A stretch of 64,000 nucleotides of DNA from an uncultured Bacteroidota bacterium (lineage in GTDB: Bacteria > Bacteroidota > Bacteroidia > AKYH767-A > 2013-40CM-41-45), in assembly GCA_963775555.1 (NCBI GenBank), contig CAVZJJ010000002.1:647397-711396 (forward strand), given 5' to 3'. This document shows, piece after piece, positions 53,275 to 64,000 of the stretch; the first letter of the stretch is position 1, and each line of letters opens with the position of its first letter. Under the pieces are notes generated by a model that worked only from the letters and a program-made list of their open reading frames with translations, had not been told where the DNA came from and ran no database searches. Position numbers and translations under genes: made by a program.

Positions 53275-55344
53275 ATGAAACACCTGCTATTTTATTCGCT
53301 ATTTATTATTTTAATTCAATCTTCCAAAGCAAACACATTTACAGTTTTGAATGCCAATGCAAGCGGAGCCGGCTCCTTGTTGGAGGCTATTGACAATGCT
53401 AATTCAACCGTTGGGAATGATGTTATTGAATTTAACATATCCGGAACTCCGCCGCACATAATCCCATTGGCTACCACCTTTCCCATATTGATAAGTGAGG
53501 GCCTTACGATTGACGGCAGTACACAGCCGGATAATGGCTATACGGGTGCCTGTCCGAAAATTGTGCTCGATGCTGCCGGAGTGGATTCAAGCGTCAATAC
53601 TCTGGTTAGTATTGTCTCTCAGAATGTTTCTATTTACGGTTTATGGTTTAAGAATTTTTCAAAATCAAACTCTGAAGTTTTATATGTCACTGAACAAAAT
53701 GTTATCATTGGCGCGCCAGGTAAGAAAAACCTGTTTACCAATAATTTCAATTCAGTTGCACTCATTGCTGCAAACACGGAGATAAATTCAAACTATTTTG
53801 GCTGTAATTGTGAGGGTACAGCTCTTGATCCCAATCTGGGAATAGCAGTGGTTACCTACTTGCCTTCAGATAATCTGACTATAAAGGATAATTTAATTTC
53901 CGGAAACACTTATGGAATCATATTAGGATCAGGAACCGCTCCTTCAAATAATATTGTCATACAGGGGAATAAAGTCGGGACTGATATCACAGGAACAGTA
54001 GCATTGGGAAATCTACAAACAGGAATCAATCTTACGAATTTAAGGAACCTCACTTTGGGAGGTGCAGGAAGTGGAGAAGGAAACCTGGTTTCTGGTAATG
54101 GTGATGAAGGATGTTTGCTCGTTTCCTGTTCAGGAACTGTATTTGGAAATAAAGTTGGAACTGATATCACCGGGACAGACACTTTGCCAAATGATCCATT
54201 TAATAACCGGTATAATACAGCATTCAATTGCAACGGATACAGTGGCATTGTTTGTAGTCTGATAGTCGGTGGAACGGGGCCCGGGGAGCAAAATGTATTT
54301 TTTGGAAATGATATTGCCTGTAATGTTGCGGATTTCAGCGGCCATTACGAGTTCAATAATAATCTCATGGGACAAACGCTCAGTGGTTTGGTTTCTCCTT
54401 TTCAATCGACAGGATTTCAATTATATTATGATACACTCGAGGTGCTGGTAAGGAACAATTATCTTTTTGGAAATAGTACCGGTTTTTTTGCACAGCAAAC
54501 CAGTAACTTTTTAGCGGAAGAAAATATTATTGGACATGATATCAATGGTGATGCGTTGAGTTTGTTGACTGGATTTTCGGTATACATTGCTGATTCATTT
54601 GTCATTCAGAATAATAGTATCAGCAATTGTTACTATGGCGTCCATTTCGTCGATGGCAATGAAGCTCTAATTGCACAAAATACCATCCAGACCTGCGGAA
54701 TACCGATTTCTTTGCAGGTCGGTGTTGATTCTTGTCATCATATTAAAATGTACAGAAATCCTATGTTGTTTAATACGTATACGGTGGATCTGAATAACGG
54801 ACTTCCAAATGCAGCCAATGATGATATTCTCCCTCCAGTCATTGAAGGGTCTGATGCAGACAGCACCTGGGGAACTTCCCTTCCTTATGCTCTGGTCGAT
54901 CTCTGCCGCGATACTACGTTGTTAGCTGCTTACCCTCAGGGTTATGATTATTCCATCCCACAAATTACAGCGGATGCTTCCGGACACTGGGTGTATATCG
55001 GTGCTCTTACCAATCCGAACGATTATACCGCCATGCAAACTGATCTGGATAATAATTCTTCTGGTTTTTCAGAGCGGCTGACTTTGGGAGTCGCTAAATC
55101 TGAAAAAAGTTCAATTCGGATTTACCCTGTTCCGGCCATGGAGTTCTTTGTTGTGGAGAATCTTTCCGGTGCTGAAATGAGAGAGTGGCAATTATTCAAC
55201 TCAATCGGAGTCTTGGTTCTGGAAGGAACTATGAGTGGCGGGTCAAATGAGAAGATCGATGTGAAAAAGCTATCCTCCGGATATTACTTTATGAAGGTTT
55301 CTTCAGACCATGAGTCCTTTGTAATGAAATGTGTGAAGGAATAA
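53275..55344 (+). CDS. T9SS type A cargo protein with parallel beta-helix repeats
   Basis: GSLLEAI..AN, repeated GNKVGTDITG and NLISGN; YPVPA...GYYF CTD. Confidence 0.82.
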   Translation: MKHLLFYSLFIILIQSSKANTFTVLNANASGAGSLLEAIDNANSTVGNDVIEFNISGTPPHIIPLATTFPILISEGLTIDGSTQPDNGYTGACPKIVLDAAGVDSSVNTLVSIVSQNVSIYGLWFKNFSKSNSEVLYVTEQNVIIGAPGKKNLFTNNFNSVALIAANTEINSNYFGCNCEGTALDPNLGIAVVTYLPSDNLTIKDNLISGNTYGIILGSGTAPSNNIVIQGNKVGTDITGTVALGNLQTGINLTNLRNLTLGGAGSGEGNLVSGNGDEGCLLVSCSGTVFGNKVGTDITGTDTLPNDPFNNRYNTAFNCNGYSGIVCSLIVGGTGPGEQNVFFGNDIACNVADFSGHYEFNNNLMGQTLSGLVSPFQSTGFQLYYDTLEVLVRNNYLFGNSTGFFAQQTSNFLAEENIIGHDINGDALSLLTGFSVYIADSFVIQNNSISNCYYGVHFVDGNEALIAQNTIQTCGIPISLQVGVDSCHHIKMYRNPMLFNTYTVDLNNGLPNAANDDILPPVIEGSDADSTWGTSLPYALVDLCRDTTLLAAYPQGYDYSIPQITADASGHWVYIGALTNPNDYTAMQTDLDNNSSGFSERLTLGVAKSEKSSIRIYPVPAMEFFVVENLSGAEMREWQLFNSIGVLVLEGTMSGGSNEKIDVKKLSSGYYFMKVSSDHESFVMKCVKE

Positions 55345-55363
55345 AATTTCGGAATTACATCAA

Positions 55364-55390
55364 CCAGGCAGGACGTAAAACCCTGCCTGG
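55364..55390. terminator. hairpin between convergent genes
   Basis: CCAGGCAGG...CCTGCCTGG followed by T-rich tail. Confidence 0.6.
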
Positions 55391-55404
55391 ATTTTTCTTG
55401 AATA

Positions 55405-55761
55405 TTATTTTTTCTTTTTACTCTTTTTACTTTTGGAAGCTTTCGCATGCTTGTTGAATTTCACACAAAGATCTATCCAGTAATCAAATTCCTTTTTTGT
55501 TTTCATTCCATCTGCACTCACGTACACATAGCCCTTCATGGGTTTTCCAGTAAAGACCATTTCCCGACATCCTCGTTTTTCCAATGCTGCCTCATAGGCT
55601 TCCGGCCCGATACGGCACATCATTTCATCCTTCACTACACCCACACACATTTTTCCGTTTAACATGTAACAAACACCGCCAAACATGAGTCGCTCATCCA
55701 CTTTAGGTAAATGAGCAATTGCCTCACGGATCCGGTCCGATAATTTTTCAGAGTAGGGCAT
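55405..55761 (-). CDS. TfoX/Sxy N-terminal domain protein
   Basis: MFGGVCYMLNGKMC and FTGKPMKGYV. Confidence 0.85.
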   Translation of the reverse strand: MPYSEKLSDRIREAIAHLPKVDERLMFGGVCYMLNGKMCVGVVKDEMMCRIGPEAYEAALEKRGCREMVFTGKPMKGYVYVSADGMKTKKEFDYWIDLCVKFNKHAKASKSKKSKKKK

Positions 55762-55763
55762 GC

Positions 55764-56165
55764 TTATATTATTTTTCTAAATTGTTCATCAATCAATGCT
55801 GCTTCAAAAATATAGGTTTTCAGAAGATCCCGGTCAATTTCCCTGATATTCTCAAATCGCTTCACTGTAACGTGCTTTCTTTTTCCTTTCTCGAGATAAT
55901 TCAATTCATCATTTAAAAGATACCCATAAGAAAATCCAAGTAATACTCCTTCGTATGCCTTTTTCTTTCCCCAAAGCACAGATGCCGGCCAAACGAAACA
56001 AATGTTTTTATTTATTTTATAGAAAGGCACATTGTAAGATAGTTTTTCGGTACAATTTGGGAGGCAAGATAAAATGATATTTCGGAGTGATTCAACGATC
56101 ACCAATTCTTCCGCTGTAAGGAAATCAAGAAATTCTTCCATATCCCGGAATGATACATTTTGCAT
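55764..56165 (-). CDS. DUF1801 domain protein
   Basis: LRNII...EKLSYNVPFY, LGF..G..L. Confidence 0.75.
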   Translation of the reverse strand: MQNVSFRDMEEFLDFLTAEELVIVESLRNIILSCLPNCTEKLSYNVPFYKINKNICFVWPASVLWGKKKAYEGVLLGFSYGYLLNDELNYLEKGKRKHVTVKRFENIREIDRDLLKTYIFEAALIDEQFRKII

Positions 56166-56299
56166 TTTAACAGATTCGATTTTTCTGTGTCACATCTTCA
56201 TTTACATATTAACCATCAGGCAAATTATTAAAAACCCAATAAATGTTTAATTAATTTACGTAAAAGCATTTTTGAAAAATTCAAATGCTGATTTTTTTA

Positions 56300-57288
56300 T
56301 AGGATTAATCACTTAGTTCCATAACGACACACTTTGGCGTAGTGGATGCTTTTCTTTGTAGAAAAGATATCGCTATGCAACTATTTAAAAGTACAAATTT
56401 AATCGAGTTTACAGAGAAATTTCAAACTAATAATGACTGCTATCAATACTTGGTAGACCTCAAGTGGGGCAAGGGTTTCCGGTGTAGTCGATGTAAATGT
56501 AAGACAGCAATGAGGAGTAAAACCTGGTATTATCGTAGGTGTAAAGAATGCTTATATGATGAATCAGCAACTTCCGGTACATTATTCCACAAATTAAAGT
56601 TCCCATTAATTAAAGCATTCCATATTTTATTTAGAATTAGTATCAGTAAAAAAGGGATATCGAGTGTTCAAATTGCAAAGGAATATGGAATTCGTCAAAG
56701 AACAGCTTGGTTTTTCAGAAGAAAAGTACAAATAGCAATGAAAAGTTCAGGCCATACTATGCTTACCGGAAAAGTGAATGTTGATGAATTCACAGTGGGC
56801 GGTCCTGAGAAAGGAATGCAAGGTCGAAGTGACTCCAGTAAAAACAAGGTGATAATTGCCATTGAGCTCAGAGGCAGGAAAAAAAAGCGCAAGATCGGCT
56901 TAGCCTACGCCCAGTGCATTGAAGACTATAAAACTGAAAGTTTTCGTCCTTTCTTTAAAAACACAATAAACAGAAACGCTAAAGTTGAAACAGATGCATT
57001 CCCTTCGTATGCACCATTGAGCAAAGAATATCATCTAACACAATATCTATCGGACAACGGTAAAAGTTTTCCGGAAATTCATCTCATCATTATGAATTTT
57101 AAATCATGGCTTCGCGGAATTCATCATAAATGTCAATACCGATATCTGCAAAATTATTTAGACGAGTTTATTTTTAGATTTAATCGACGAAATTCTGAAA
57201 AAGGAATATTTAATACCTTAGTCAATCGGTTTATGGAAGAATCTCCATGGCCATGGAAAAGGCTTTACGAACTAAATGATTAATCCTA
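56300..57288 (+). mobile_element. IS1595-family insertion sequence
   Basis: Terminal IR TAGGATTAATCACTTAGTTC / GAACTAAATGATTAATCCTA; 8-bp duplication TTTTTTTA (56292-56299, 57289-57296). Confidence 0.92.
56375..57283 (+). CDS. IS1595 transposase
   Basis: Zn ribbon CSRC...CKEC, GTLFH, VDEF, TD, YLDEFIFRFNRR. Confidence 0.94.
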   Translation: MQLFKSTNLIEFTEKFQTNNDCYQYLVDLKWGKGFRCSRCKCKTAMRSKTWYYRRCKECLYDESATSGTLFHKLKFPLIKAFHILFRISISKKGISSVQIAKEYGIRQRTAWFFRRKVQIAMKSSGHTMLTGKVNVDEFTVGGPEKGMQGRSDSSKNKVIIAIELRGRKKKRKIGLAYAQCIEDYKTESFRPFFKNTINRNAKVETDAFPSYAPLSKEYHLTQYLSDNGKSFPEIHLIIMNFKSWLRGIHHKCQYRYLQNYLDEFIFRFNRRNSEKGIFNTLVNRFMEESPWPWKRLYELND

Positions 57289-57422
57289 TTTTTTTATTTA
57301 TATTGGATTTTGGCATGAAATCGGTGTTTATGCAACATTAACTGTTTATACTTGAACTTCAAATTTATCATCTAATTTATTTATTTAGTACCTTTGCCAA
57401 CTCCGGAAAAATCTACAAAATC

Positions 57423-60403
57423 ATGAAAATAAAGCTACTTCTAATTATTTGCCTGCTTATGAGTTCGCAGGGTTTCGCTCAATTGAACGGGACCTATACC
57501 ATTGGTGGAACAACACCTGACTATCCAACATTTGGTGCCGCGGTGGTGGCACTGGTTCAGACCGGTGTTTCCGGACCTGTCACATTTAATGTTCGCAATG
57601 GGGTTTACCAGGAAAAACTTATCATCAGCGACATTCCTAATTCTTCCTCCGTGAACACAATTACATTTCAATCGGAAGATCATGACAGTTCTGTTGTTAC
57701 TATTCAGGACTCTTCAAGCACAATCTCAACAAACAACTTCCTCATACAGTTGAATGGAGCAGATTGGGTTACATTTAAGCAATTAGGTTTTCGTCGTCCC
57801 GGCAGTAATACTTATGGAACCGTTTTCAACATTGGAAATATGTCAACGAATAACAGCTTCCTGAATAATTACATTGAAGGAAATGCAGCCACTACATCTA
57901 CAACAAATTCCTGCCTGATGTATTCTACAACAGGAACCACCTCTAATGATTCGAATACGGTAATAATGGACAATCATTTTGTCGGTGGGTCGTATGGAAT
58001 ATATTTTATGGACCGAGCACCATTATCCTCGAAATGGGAACGGTTATTCAAAATAATATTTTCGAAAACGGATATGCCAGGGCAATCACAATTGGGAATC
58101 AAAATGCACCCCAGGTTATCAATAATGACATTGTCACGAACACAACTTATGCAACATTTTACGGAATCTATTTATCCGCTTGCTCCAACAACGTACTTCT
58201 GAGTGAAAATAAAATCAATTGCCCTCTGGGTGGTTATGGACTTTATTTAACCGGTAGCAATGGAGCTGCGGGTTTACCAATCAATGTAATTAACAACTTC
58301 ATTAGTGTCGGTGGTACAGGAACAGCTTATGGAATTTATATTACAACAAGTTCTAATGCAAATTTCTGGCACAATTCGATCAACGTGCACTCTACGGGTG
58401 CTACATCCCGTTGCTTCTACATGACTAGTGCAACTACAATAAAGGTAGTTGTACAGAATAATCTACTGGTAAACACTGGTGGGGGTGTAACTTTTTATAT
58501 CGTTACTTCCGCGTTGCCGGGGCTGAGTATTTCCAATTACAATGATTTATACTCCACTGGCGCGAATCTTGCTTTCTGGGATGCTGCCAACGTGGCTACC
58601 CTGGCAGATTGGCAAGCAGCTACTACGAAAGATGTTAACTCGGTTTCTGTAGATCCTATTTTTGCCTCCCCAACTGACCTGCATGCTTTTGGATCAGGAA
58701 TAGATAACCTTGGCACACCTCTCGTCGCTGTCACAACTGATATAGATGGAGATCCAAGAAGTGCCACAACACCAGACATTGGTGCTGATGAATTTGTACC
58801 ACTCGCTGATAATTTGGCCATCATAGCTCTTACCCAACCTTCTGCACTAGGGGCTTGTGGACAGACAGGTGTTTCTTTTGAGATATCAGTTACCAATCTG
58901 GGAAGTAATTTACAGTCGTCCATACCTGTTGTAATGGAAATTTCAGGTGCGGCATCAATGACAATACTTGATACTATCCCCGGACCGCTGGCTCAAAATA
59001 CAAGTGCAACACATACTTTTTCACAAACAATTTCCACTATAGCCGGAGGGGAATACTTCCTCAAAATTTATTCTTCTCTTACGATTGATCAATTCCGCGA
59101 TAATGACACCATTAATGCAAAGAGAAGTTTTTACGCCATTCCAAATGATCCGACAGCTGTTTCGCCTCAACAAGGTTGTAATACAAGTGTTGGAATTTCT
59201 GCAACACCAGACTCCGGTGACATTGTATTGTGGTATGACGCTGTAAGTGGAGGAAACCTGGTTGGAATGGGAAGTCCACTCACTATACCTATCACATCTG
59301 ATACAATCTTTTATGCTGAAGCTCGTGAAGGTGGCGGTTCCGGAGGTTGTCTGAGAATCGTAGAGTGTGAATTAGGCAACACGGATTTTCTGGAAATTCA
59401 AAACCTAAGTGGATCAACTTTCGATGCCACCGGATGGACAGTTGCCGTCAGCGATAACTATAGTAATATAAATGCGGTGAACAGTCTCATATGGAATCTG
59501 GGAGTTTTTGGTCCAGGCGAAATTCAGTATAAGTCGGATGCCTCAAACGATAACTACTGGGGAAATAATATTTTGTGGAACCCGGGTAATAATGGATGGA
59601 TCGTTTTACTTGACGCCGGAAATAATGTACGGGATTTTGTTGCTTTCCTCTGGCCTGCTGCTGATATTCAGACGATGGCTCCTGTGATAAACGGAGTTCC
59701 GATTACTATAGGTACCGAATGGGTTGGCGATGGTGTGATAAATTGCACAACAACATTTACAATCGACCGTACAGGAAATTCAGATAATAATGATGCAACT
59801 GATTTTGCTTGTGAAACTGCAACAAAAGGTGTTCAAAATATAAATTTGAGCCCTTCTTTTTCAAACTGTGGTCTTGGTCTGTGTGGAAGTAGTCGTATAG
59901 CCGTTCAGGTGAATATGGTAACAGGTGTAAGTACAAGCCTCGGTCCGGATACTACTTTGGTGAGTCCTTTCTCTTATTTACTTGATGCCGGAACCGGTTT
60001 CATTGCTTACGAATGGTCCGACGGAAGTACAGGTCAAACTCTTACTGCTACGGCCCCCGGAATTTACTGGGTCAGTGTTTCCGGCAGCAATGGTTGCTCT
60101 TTCACCGATAGTGTGGAGATCAGCATTTTCACCGGCTTACAGGTAATTTCAACGACAGACCGGGTTCAGGCATATCCTAATCCTGCGAATCAACAGTTGA
60201 CTGTTAATTATGCCGGGACGGAAGCACTCGTTCGTATTGTCGATATCAAGGGCCGAATAATTTCAGAACAGATGATGGAAGCCGCATCAGGTTTGTCTTC
60301 CGCTTCTTTTGATCTTTCAAGTGTGGAATCAGGATTGTATTTTATTCAAGTATTGAATAAGGAAGAAGTTCTCACGATGAAATTAATTGTTCAACATCCT
60401 TGA
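57423..60403 (+). CDS. large T9SS type A cargo protein (beta-helix, Ig-like domains); one frameshift near 58010
   Basis: LNGTYTIGG...GVSGPV, TDIDGDPR..PDIGADE, WYDA..GG, YPNPA CTD. Confidence 0.8.
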
Positions 60404-60430
60404 TGAGACAAATGTTAATCTGATAATAGA

Positions 60431-60460
60431 ACAGGCTGCCTCAAAAAGGCGGCCTGTTTT
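60431..60460 (+). terminator. intrinsic terminator
   Basis: ACAGGCTGCC-loop-GGCGGCCTGT followed by TTT. Confidence 0.6.
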
Positions 60461-60520
60461 GTTCTCTGAGAACTGAGAAATTTCTTTCCTTTGTTATCAA
60501 TTCTTCTAAATTAATTCTTC

Positions 60521-61798
60521 ATGAATATTCTGTTGATCGGTTCGGGTGGTAGGGAACATGCATTGGCCTGGATCATTTCTTCCAGTCCCCACTGTACGCA
60601 ACTTTACATCGCTCCCGGAAATGCCGGTACGCCAAACTGCGGGATCAATGTTCCGGTTTCGGTTTCTGATTTCCCTGCCTTGAAAAAGTTGATCATGGAG
60701 AAGAACGTGGGACTTGTTGTTGTAGGTCCGGAAGAGCCTTTGGTAAAAGGTCTCAGGGAATTCCTGAAAGCAGATAGTCTCACAAGAGATATTTTATTTC
60801 TCGGTCCCGGGAAAGACGGGGCTCAACTTGAAGGAAGCAAGGATTTTGCAAAAGCATTTATGCTTCGGAATAATATTCCAACAGCGGCATACCGCAGCTT
60901 TGTAAAAGATACATTGGCGGAGGCCTTTATATTTCTTGATAGCTTAAAAGCCCCCTATGTATTGAAGGCCGATGGATTGGCTGCTGGAAAGGGAGTGATC
61001 ATTTCTTCTGAGGTCAATGAGGCGAAAGCGGCCCTTGAAAATATGCTCAAAGAGCGGGCCTTCGGAGCCGCCAGTGATAAGGTGGTGATTGAAGAGTTTC
61101 TTCATGGTATCGAGTTGTCTGTCTTTGTGTTGACAGATGGCAGGAAGTATATCGTTCTTCCTGAAGCGAAGGATTACAAACGCATTGGAGATGGTGATAC
61201 CGGACCTAATACCGGAGGTATGGGTGCTGTTTCTCCTGTGCCATTTGCAGATGCCGCGTTTATGAAAAAAGTGGAGGACAGAATCATACGGCCTACCATC
61301 GATGGCTTTATCAAAGAAGGTATCGATTACCGCGGATTTGTTTTTATCGGATTGATGAACGTAAATGGAGATCCTTATGTTATTGAATACAATGTTCGGA
61401 TGGGTGATCCGGAAACAGAAGTTGTTATCCCACGTATTCAATCCGATCTTCTTGAATTTTTAATAGGAGCCGCTGCCGGAGACTTGAAATCGACCAAACT
61501 TGAAATTGATCCCCGCTTTGCATTAACGGTGATGATGGTGAGTGGAGGCTATCCAGGTGAATATATCTCAGGAAAAGAAATAAGAGGAATTGCAGATGTC
61601 AGTGAAAGCAGAGTGTTCCATGCCGGAACAAAAGCAGGGGAAGAAAATCTAATTCTGAGCAATGGAGGACGTGTACTGGCAGTAACTTCACAGGCAAATT
61701 CTATTCAAGAGGCAAGAGAGAAAGTTTACCGCGACATTGAAAAAATCTCTTTTGAAAAAATGAATTTCAGGAAGGATATTGGATTGGATCTGCTATAA
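60521..61798 (+). CDS. purD: phosphoribosylamine--glycine ligase
   Basis: GSGGREHA, LEGSK, KADGLAAGKGV, GPNTGGMG, GDPE. Confidence 0.97.
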   Translation: MNILLIGSGGREHALAWIISSSPHCTQLYIAPGNAGTPNCGINVPVSVSDFPALKKLIMEKNVGLVVVGPEEPLVKGLREFLKADSLTRDILFLGPGKDGAQLEGSKDFAKAFMLRNNIPTAAYRSFVKDTLAEAFIFLDSLKAPYVLKADGLAAGKGVIISSEVNEAKAALENMLKERAFGAASDKVVIEEFLHGIELSVFVLTDGRKYIVLPEAKDYKRIGDGDTGPNTGGMGAVSPVPFADAAFMKKVEDRIIRPTIDGFIKEGIDYRGFVFIGLMNVNGDPYVIEYNVRMGDPETEVVIPRIQSDLLEFLIGAAAGDLKSTKLEIDPRFALTVMMVSGGYPGEYISGKEIRGIADVSESRVFHAGTKAGEENLILSNGGRVLAVTSQANSIQEAREKVYRDIEKISFEKMNFRKDIGLDLL

Positions 61799-61827
61799 GA
61801 TAAATTGGTGCTCAGTTGGTTTTGGAG

Positions 61828-62087
61828 TAGAACGCAGAAACCGCAGAATCATTAAAATGAAACAGGATTTAAAACTGTTTAAAGTAATCTTAAAAACTAA
61901 TTTATTTTCAAATGATTAGTTTGGGATTCATTGAACAAAAAGTTCGTTAAAATCTTTGTTTTCCTGAACAAATCATTCGGACTTTGAATGTTTATCTGGG
62001 ATTAATTTTTTATTTCTTCGCAAACTTCGTTTTGGCTTTAAGAATTTATCTGTGATAATCTTTATTTTCTGCGTTATCTGCGTTCTA
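61828..62087. repeat. 260-bp element bounded by 21-bp imperfect inverted repeats (MITE-like remnant)
   Basis: TAGAACGCAGAAACCGCAGAA versus TTCTGCGTTATCTGCGTTCTA, 19/21 match. Confidence 0.55.
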
Positions 62088-62164
62088 GATATCGACCAAT
62101 AAAAAATCCTGTATGAATGAACATACAGGATTGAATGCCTTAAAGGCAGGTCAGTAGATATCTA

Positions 62165-62332
62165 TTAGTCGAATTTTTGCTCCTTTTTCTGCTTGCTCAT
62201 GTACGAGAGCCAGAGAAAGAAAGCCACAAATCCAATCACGATCAGCATTTTATTGAACCAGAGTCCAAAAAAGGGAACAAATTTAAAAATGCCCTTGAAA
62301 AAGCTTTCAAGAAAGTACCAGAATGCGTCCAT
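62165..62332 (-). CDS. 55-aa membrane protein (DUF6341-like), below the ORF track cutoff
   Basis: MDAFWYFLESFFKGIFKFVPFFGLWFNKMLIVIGFVAFFLWLSYMSKQKKEQKFD*; next to purD and DUF6427-like gene; hairpin at ~62105-62132. Confidence 0.7.
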   Translation of the reverse strand: MDAFWYFLESFFKGIFKFVPFFGLWFNKMLIVIGFVAFFLWLSYMSKQKKEQKFD

Positions 62333-62411
62333 GTTTTTGATTGTTTATTTCAGGGCAAATATAGTATGAAATCCGGAACCACAACAGCGAAAATTCTCTA
62401 CTTTTAAGGCC

Positions 62412-63392
62412 GTGATCCGCTTTTTTAAAACTACCCAACCGGCAGCTTTGTTTTCCATTCCACTCATTGTCATTGTGTTGTGGGGGCAGCGCTTCTTAAA
62501 TTTCCCGGTATACAATGATTCTTATTCCATGCCCCTCTGGGACATGCTGCAAGATGTTTTCCTGGTGCTTCCTTCCTGGTTGAATCTCCTGGTTTTTTGT
62601 GCCATCATTTCTCTGGAGGCCATTTATTTTAATCTCCTCCTCAACAAACACGACGTACTCTATAAGAATTCATACCTGCCCGCTTTATGTTTTGTGCTTT
62701 TCATCTCTTCGAATCCCGCATTTCTCGTGATTCATCCGGTTCATTTAGTGAACTTGATTTTACTTAGAATTTTTGATAAACTTTTCTCTTTTTATAAACA
62801 GAACAAAGCCATTGCATCGATTTTTGATTGCGGTTTCCTTGCGGCCCTTGCGGCTTTGTTATATTTCCCGGCGATTCCTGTTCTATTGCTTTTGATGTTT
62901 GCTCTTGCAATGATGCGCCCTTTTAATGTGCGCGAATGGCTCGTGATGCTGATTGGTTACCTGGTTCCCTTTATGTTTTTAAGTGTTTGGAATTTCTGGA
63001 ATCATGAATTGCATCTTTTCTGGAAAAACTTTTTTGCTCACTTCAGAGCGCCCGTAAAGGCTTTTCAACTTCCTCCATCTCTTGCTCTACAGTTTATGGG
63101 AGGGGTGCTGTTGCTGCTCTTGCTCTTGTCTTTGTTTCGCTTACGTAAAAACTATTATAAGAACATCATCCGTGTCCGTGGTTATCAGCAACTTCAGTTT
63201 CTGTTTTTTCTTCTGGGATTGCTCTCCATTTATTTGTCGAAGGAATTGAGCTGGATCCATTTTGGAATCCTGGCTATCCCCTGGGCACTTTGGTTTTCCT
63301 ATTTCCTGTTGAGCCAAAAAAGAAAAATGTGGATGGCGGAAGGATTGTTGTGGTTACTCATCGTGGCCATAGTTTGGAATCACGTTGCCTGA
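62412..63392 (+). CDS. DUF6427-like polytopic membrane protein
   Basis: Many TM helices; NSYLP, FDCG..AALAALLYFP. Confidence 0.7.
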   Translation: MIRFFKTTQPAALFSIPLIVIVLWGQRFLNFPVYNDSYSMPLWDMLQDVFLVLPSWLNLLVFCAIISLEAIYFNLLLNKHDVLYKNSYLPALCFVLFISSNPAFLVIHPVHLVNLILLRIFDKLFSFYKQNKAIASIFDCGFLAALAALLYFPAIPVLLLLMFALAMMRPFNVREWLVMLIGYLVPFMFLSVWNFWNHELHLFWKNFFAHFRAPVKAFQLPPSLALQFMGGVLLLLLLLSLFRLRKNYYKNIIRVRGYQQLQFLFFLLGLLSIYLSKELSWIHFGILAIPWALWFSYFLLSQKRKMWMAEGLLWLLIVAIVWNHVA

Positions 63393-63415
63393 ACCAGTTT
63401 GTTTGAATCGCCCGT

Positions 63416-64000
63416 TCATAAGGCAGCCAAGGGTACATAAGACCACGTCAGTCGTTTTGTACTGATGTCATGGTAAAAGAGGAGAGCCCGATTGTTGCTC
63501 CCGCTGAAATTAATTCCCGAGGCGAGAAAGTCAATTCCTTCCGGACTTTTATAGGAATATTCTTTCACATTAAAACCGATGTCGCCGCTGACACATATTA
63601 CAGCAATTCCTCTTTGCTTTACAGTCAAAAGTTTTGGGTAAATGTCTTCGTAAAAGTTATTTGGATTTATGCAATAAAAACAAGAGCCAAAGCCGCCATT
63701 TGTTATTGCAGAAATTTCTGATTCGAGTTCGGTGTTCCCAAACATCCAGATTAACTTGTGCATTAACACTACCAGGTGTGAGGATTCCTGTATGGTATCC
63801 ACAACGTCATTGAAAAAAATCTGTTGGTCACCAACAATATTACTCAGACTGTCCTGAGTGTCCAGTACAATAAAGGTGATTCCGTTTTTGTAAGCAGCAT
63901 AGTAAGCAGGCCGGTGTGTATACATGGTGATCCTTGGCAGATCATCGTAATCATGGTTTCCAAGAGACCAAAGTGTGTTAGAACTCCCTAAATTATAAAT
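63416..64000 (-). CDS. metallophosphoesterase-like protein, 3' part (5' end outside window)
   Basis: LGNHD near window end, FIVLDT, VLMH, SGD. Confidence 0.65.
   Translation of the reverse strand: MYNLGSSNTLWSLGNHDYDDLPRITMYTHRPAYYAAYKNGITFIVLDTQDSLSNIVGDQQIFFNDVVDTIQESSHLVVLMHKLIWMFGNTELESEISAITNGGFGSCFYCINPNNFYEDIYPKLLTVKQRGIAVICVSGDIGFNVKEYSYKSPEGIDFLASGINFSGSNNRALLFYHDISTKRLTWSYVPLAAL

Noticed and set aside
10004-63721. Numerous short antisense or overlapping ORFs in the six-frame track
   Set aside because: They lie inside well-supported genes and show no recognisable motifs; treated as shadow ORFs.

Overview
Bacteroidota chromosome segment (T9SS C-terminal domains, TAnnTTTG promoters, Bacteroidota-type gene order). 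The flanks are housekeeping genes: fatty-acid cluster (yceD-rpmF-plsX-fabH, a FadL-like gene, accB-accC), aspS, mce, rpoN, a yceI-osmC-CDGSH-pirin-marR cluster, trpS, an acyl-CoA carboxylase beta subunit, three T9SS cargo proteins, an IS1595 and purD. Many single-base frameshifts, densest in the first ~6.3 kb, look like assembly errors. The main accessory feature is a ~22.4 kb island integrated in the 3' end of tRNA-Ile2(CAT), bounded by a 17-bp direct repeat (17292-17308 and 39678-39694). Its core is integrase, unknown ORF, HTH/Xis, DUF3987 protein, a mirror-symmetric 5+5 iteron array (candidate origin) and a DUF6371 primase-like gene now split by IS30; no capsid or relaxase gene is visible. 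Its cargo is mostly predicted anti-phage genes: a DSR2-like sirtuin, an NDT/TIR-like protein, a fused restriction-modification enzyme, a DUF5677-like protein and a putative AbiC. The DSR2-like gene appears to be an integron-like cassette: it begins at a GTTATAC core just after a promoter and ends in a ~155-bp attC-like hairpin whose inverse core is the exact complement. All family assignments come from motif recognition by eye, not from database searches.
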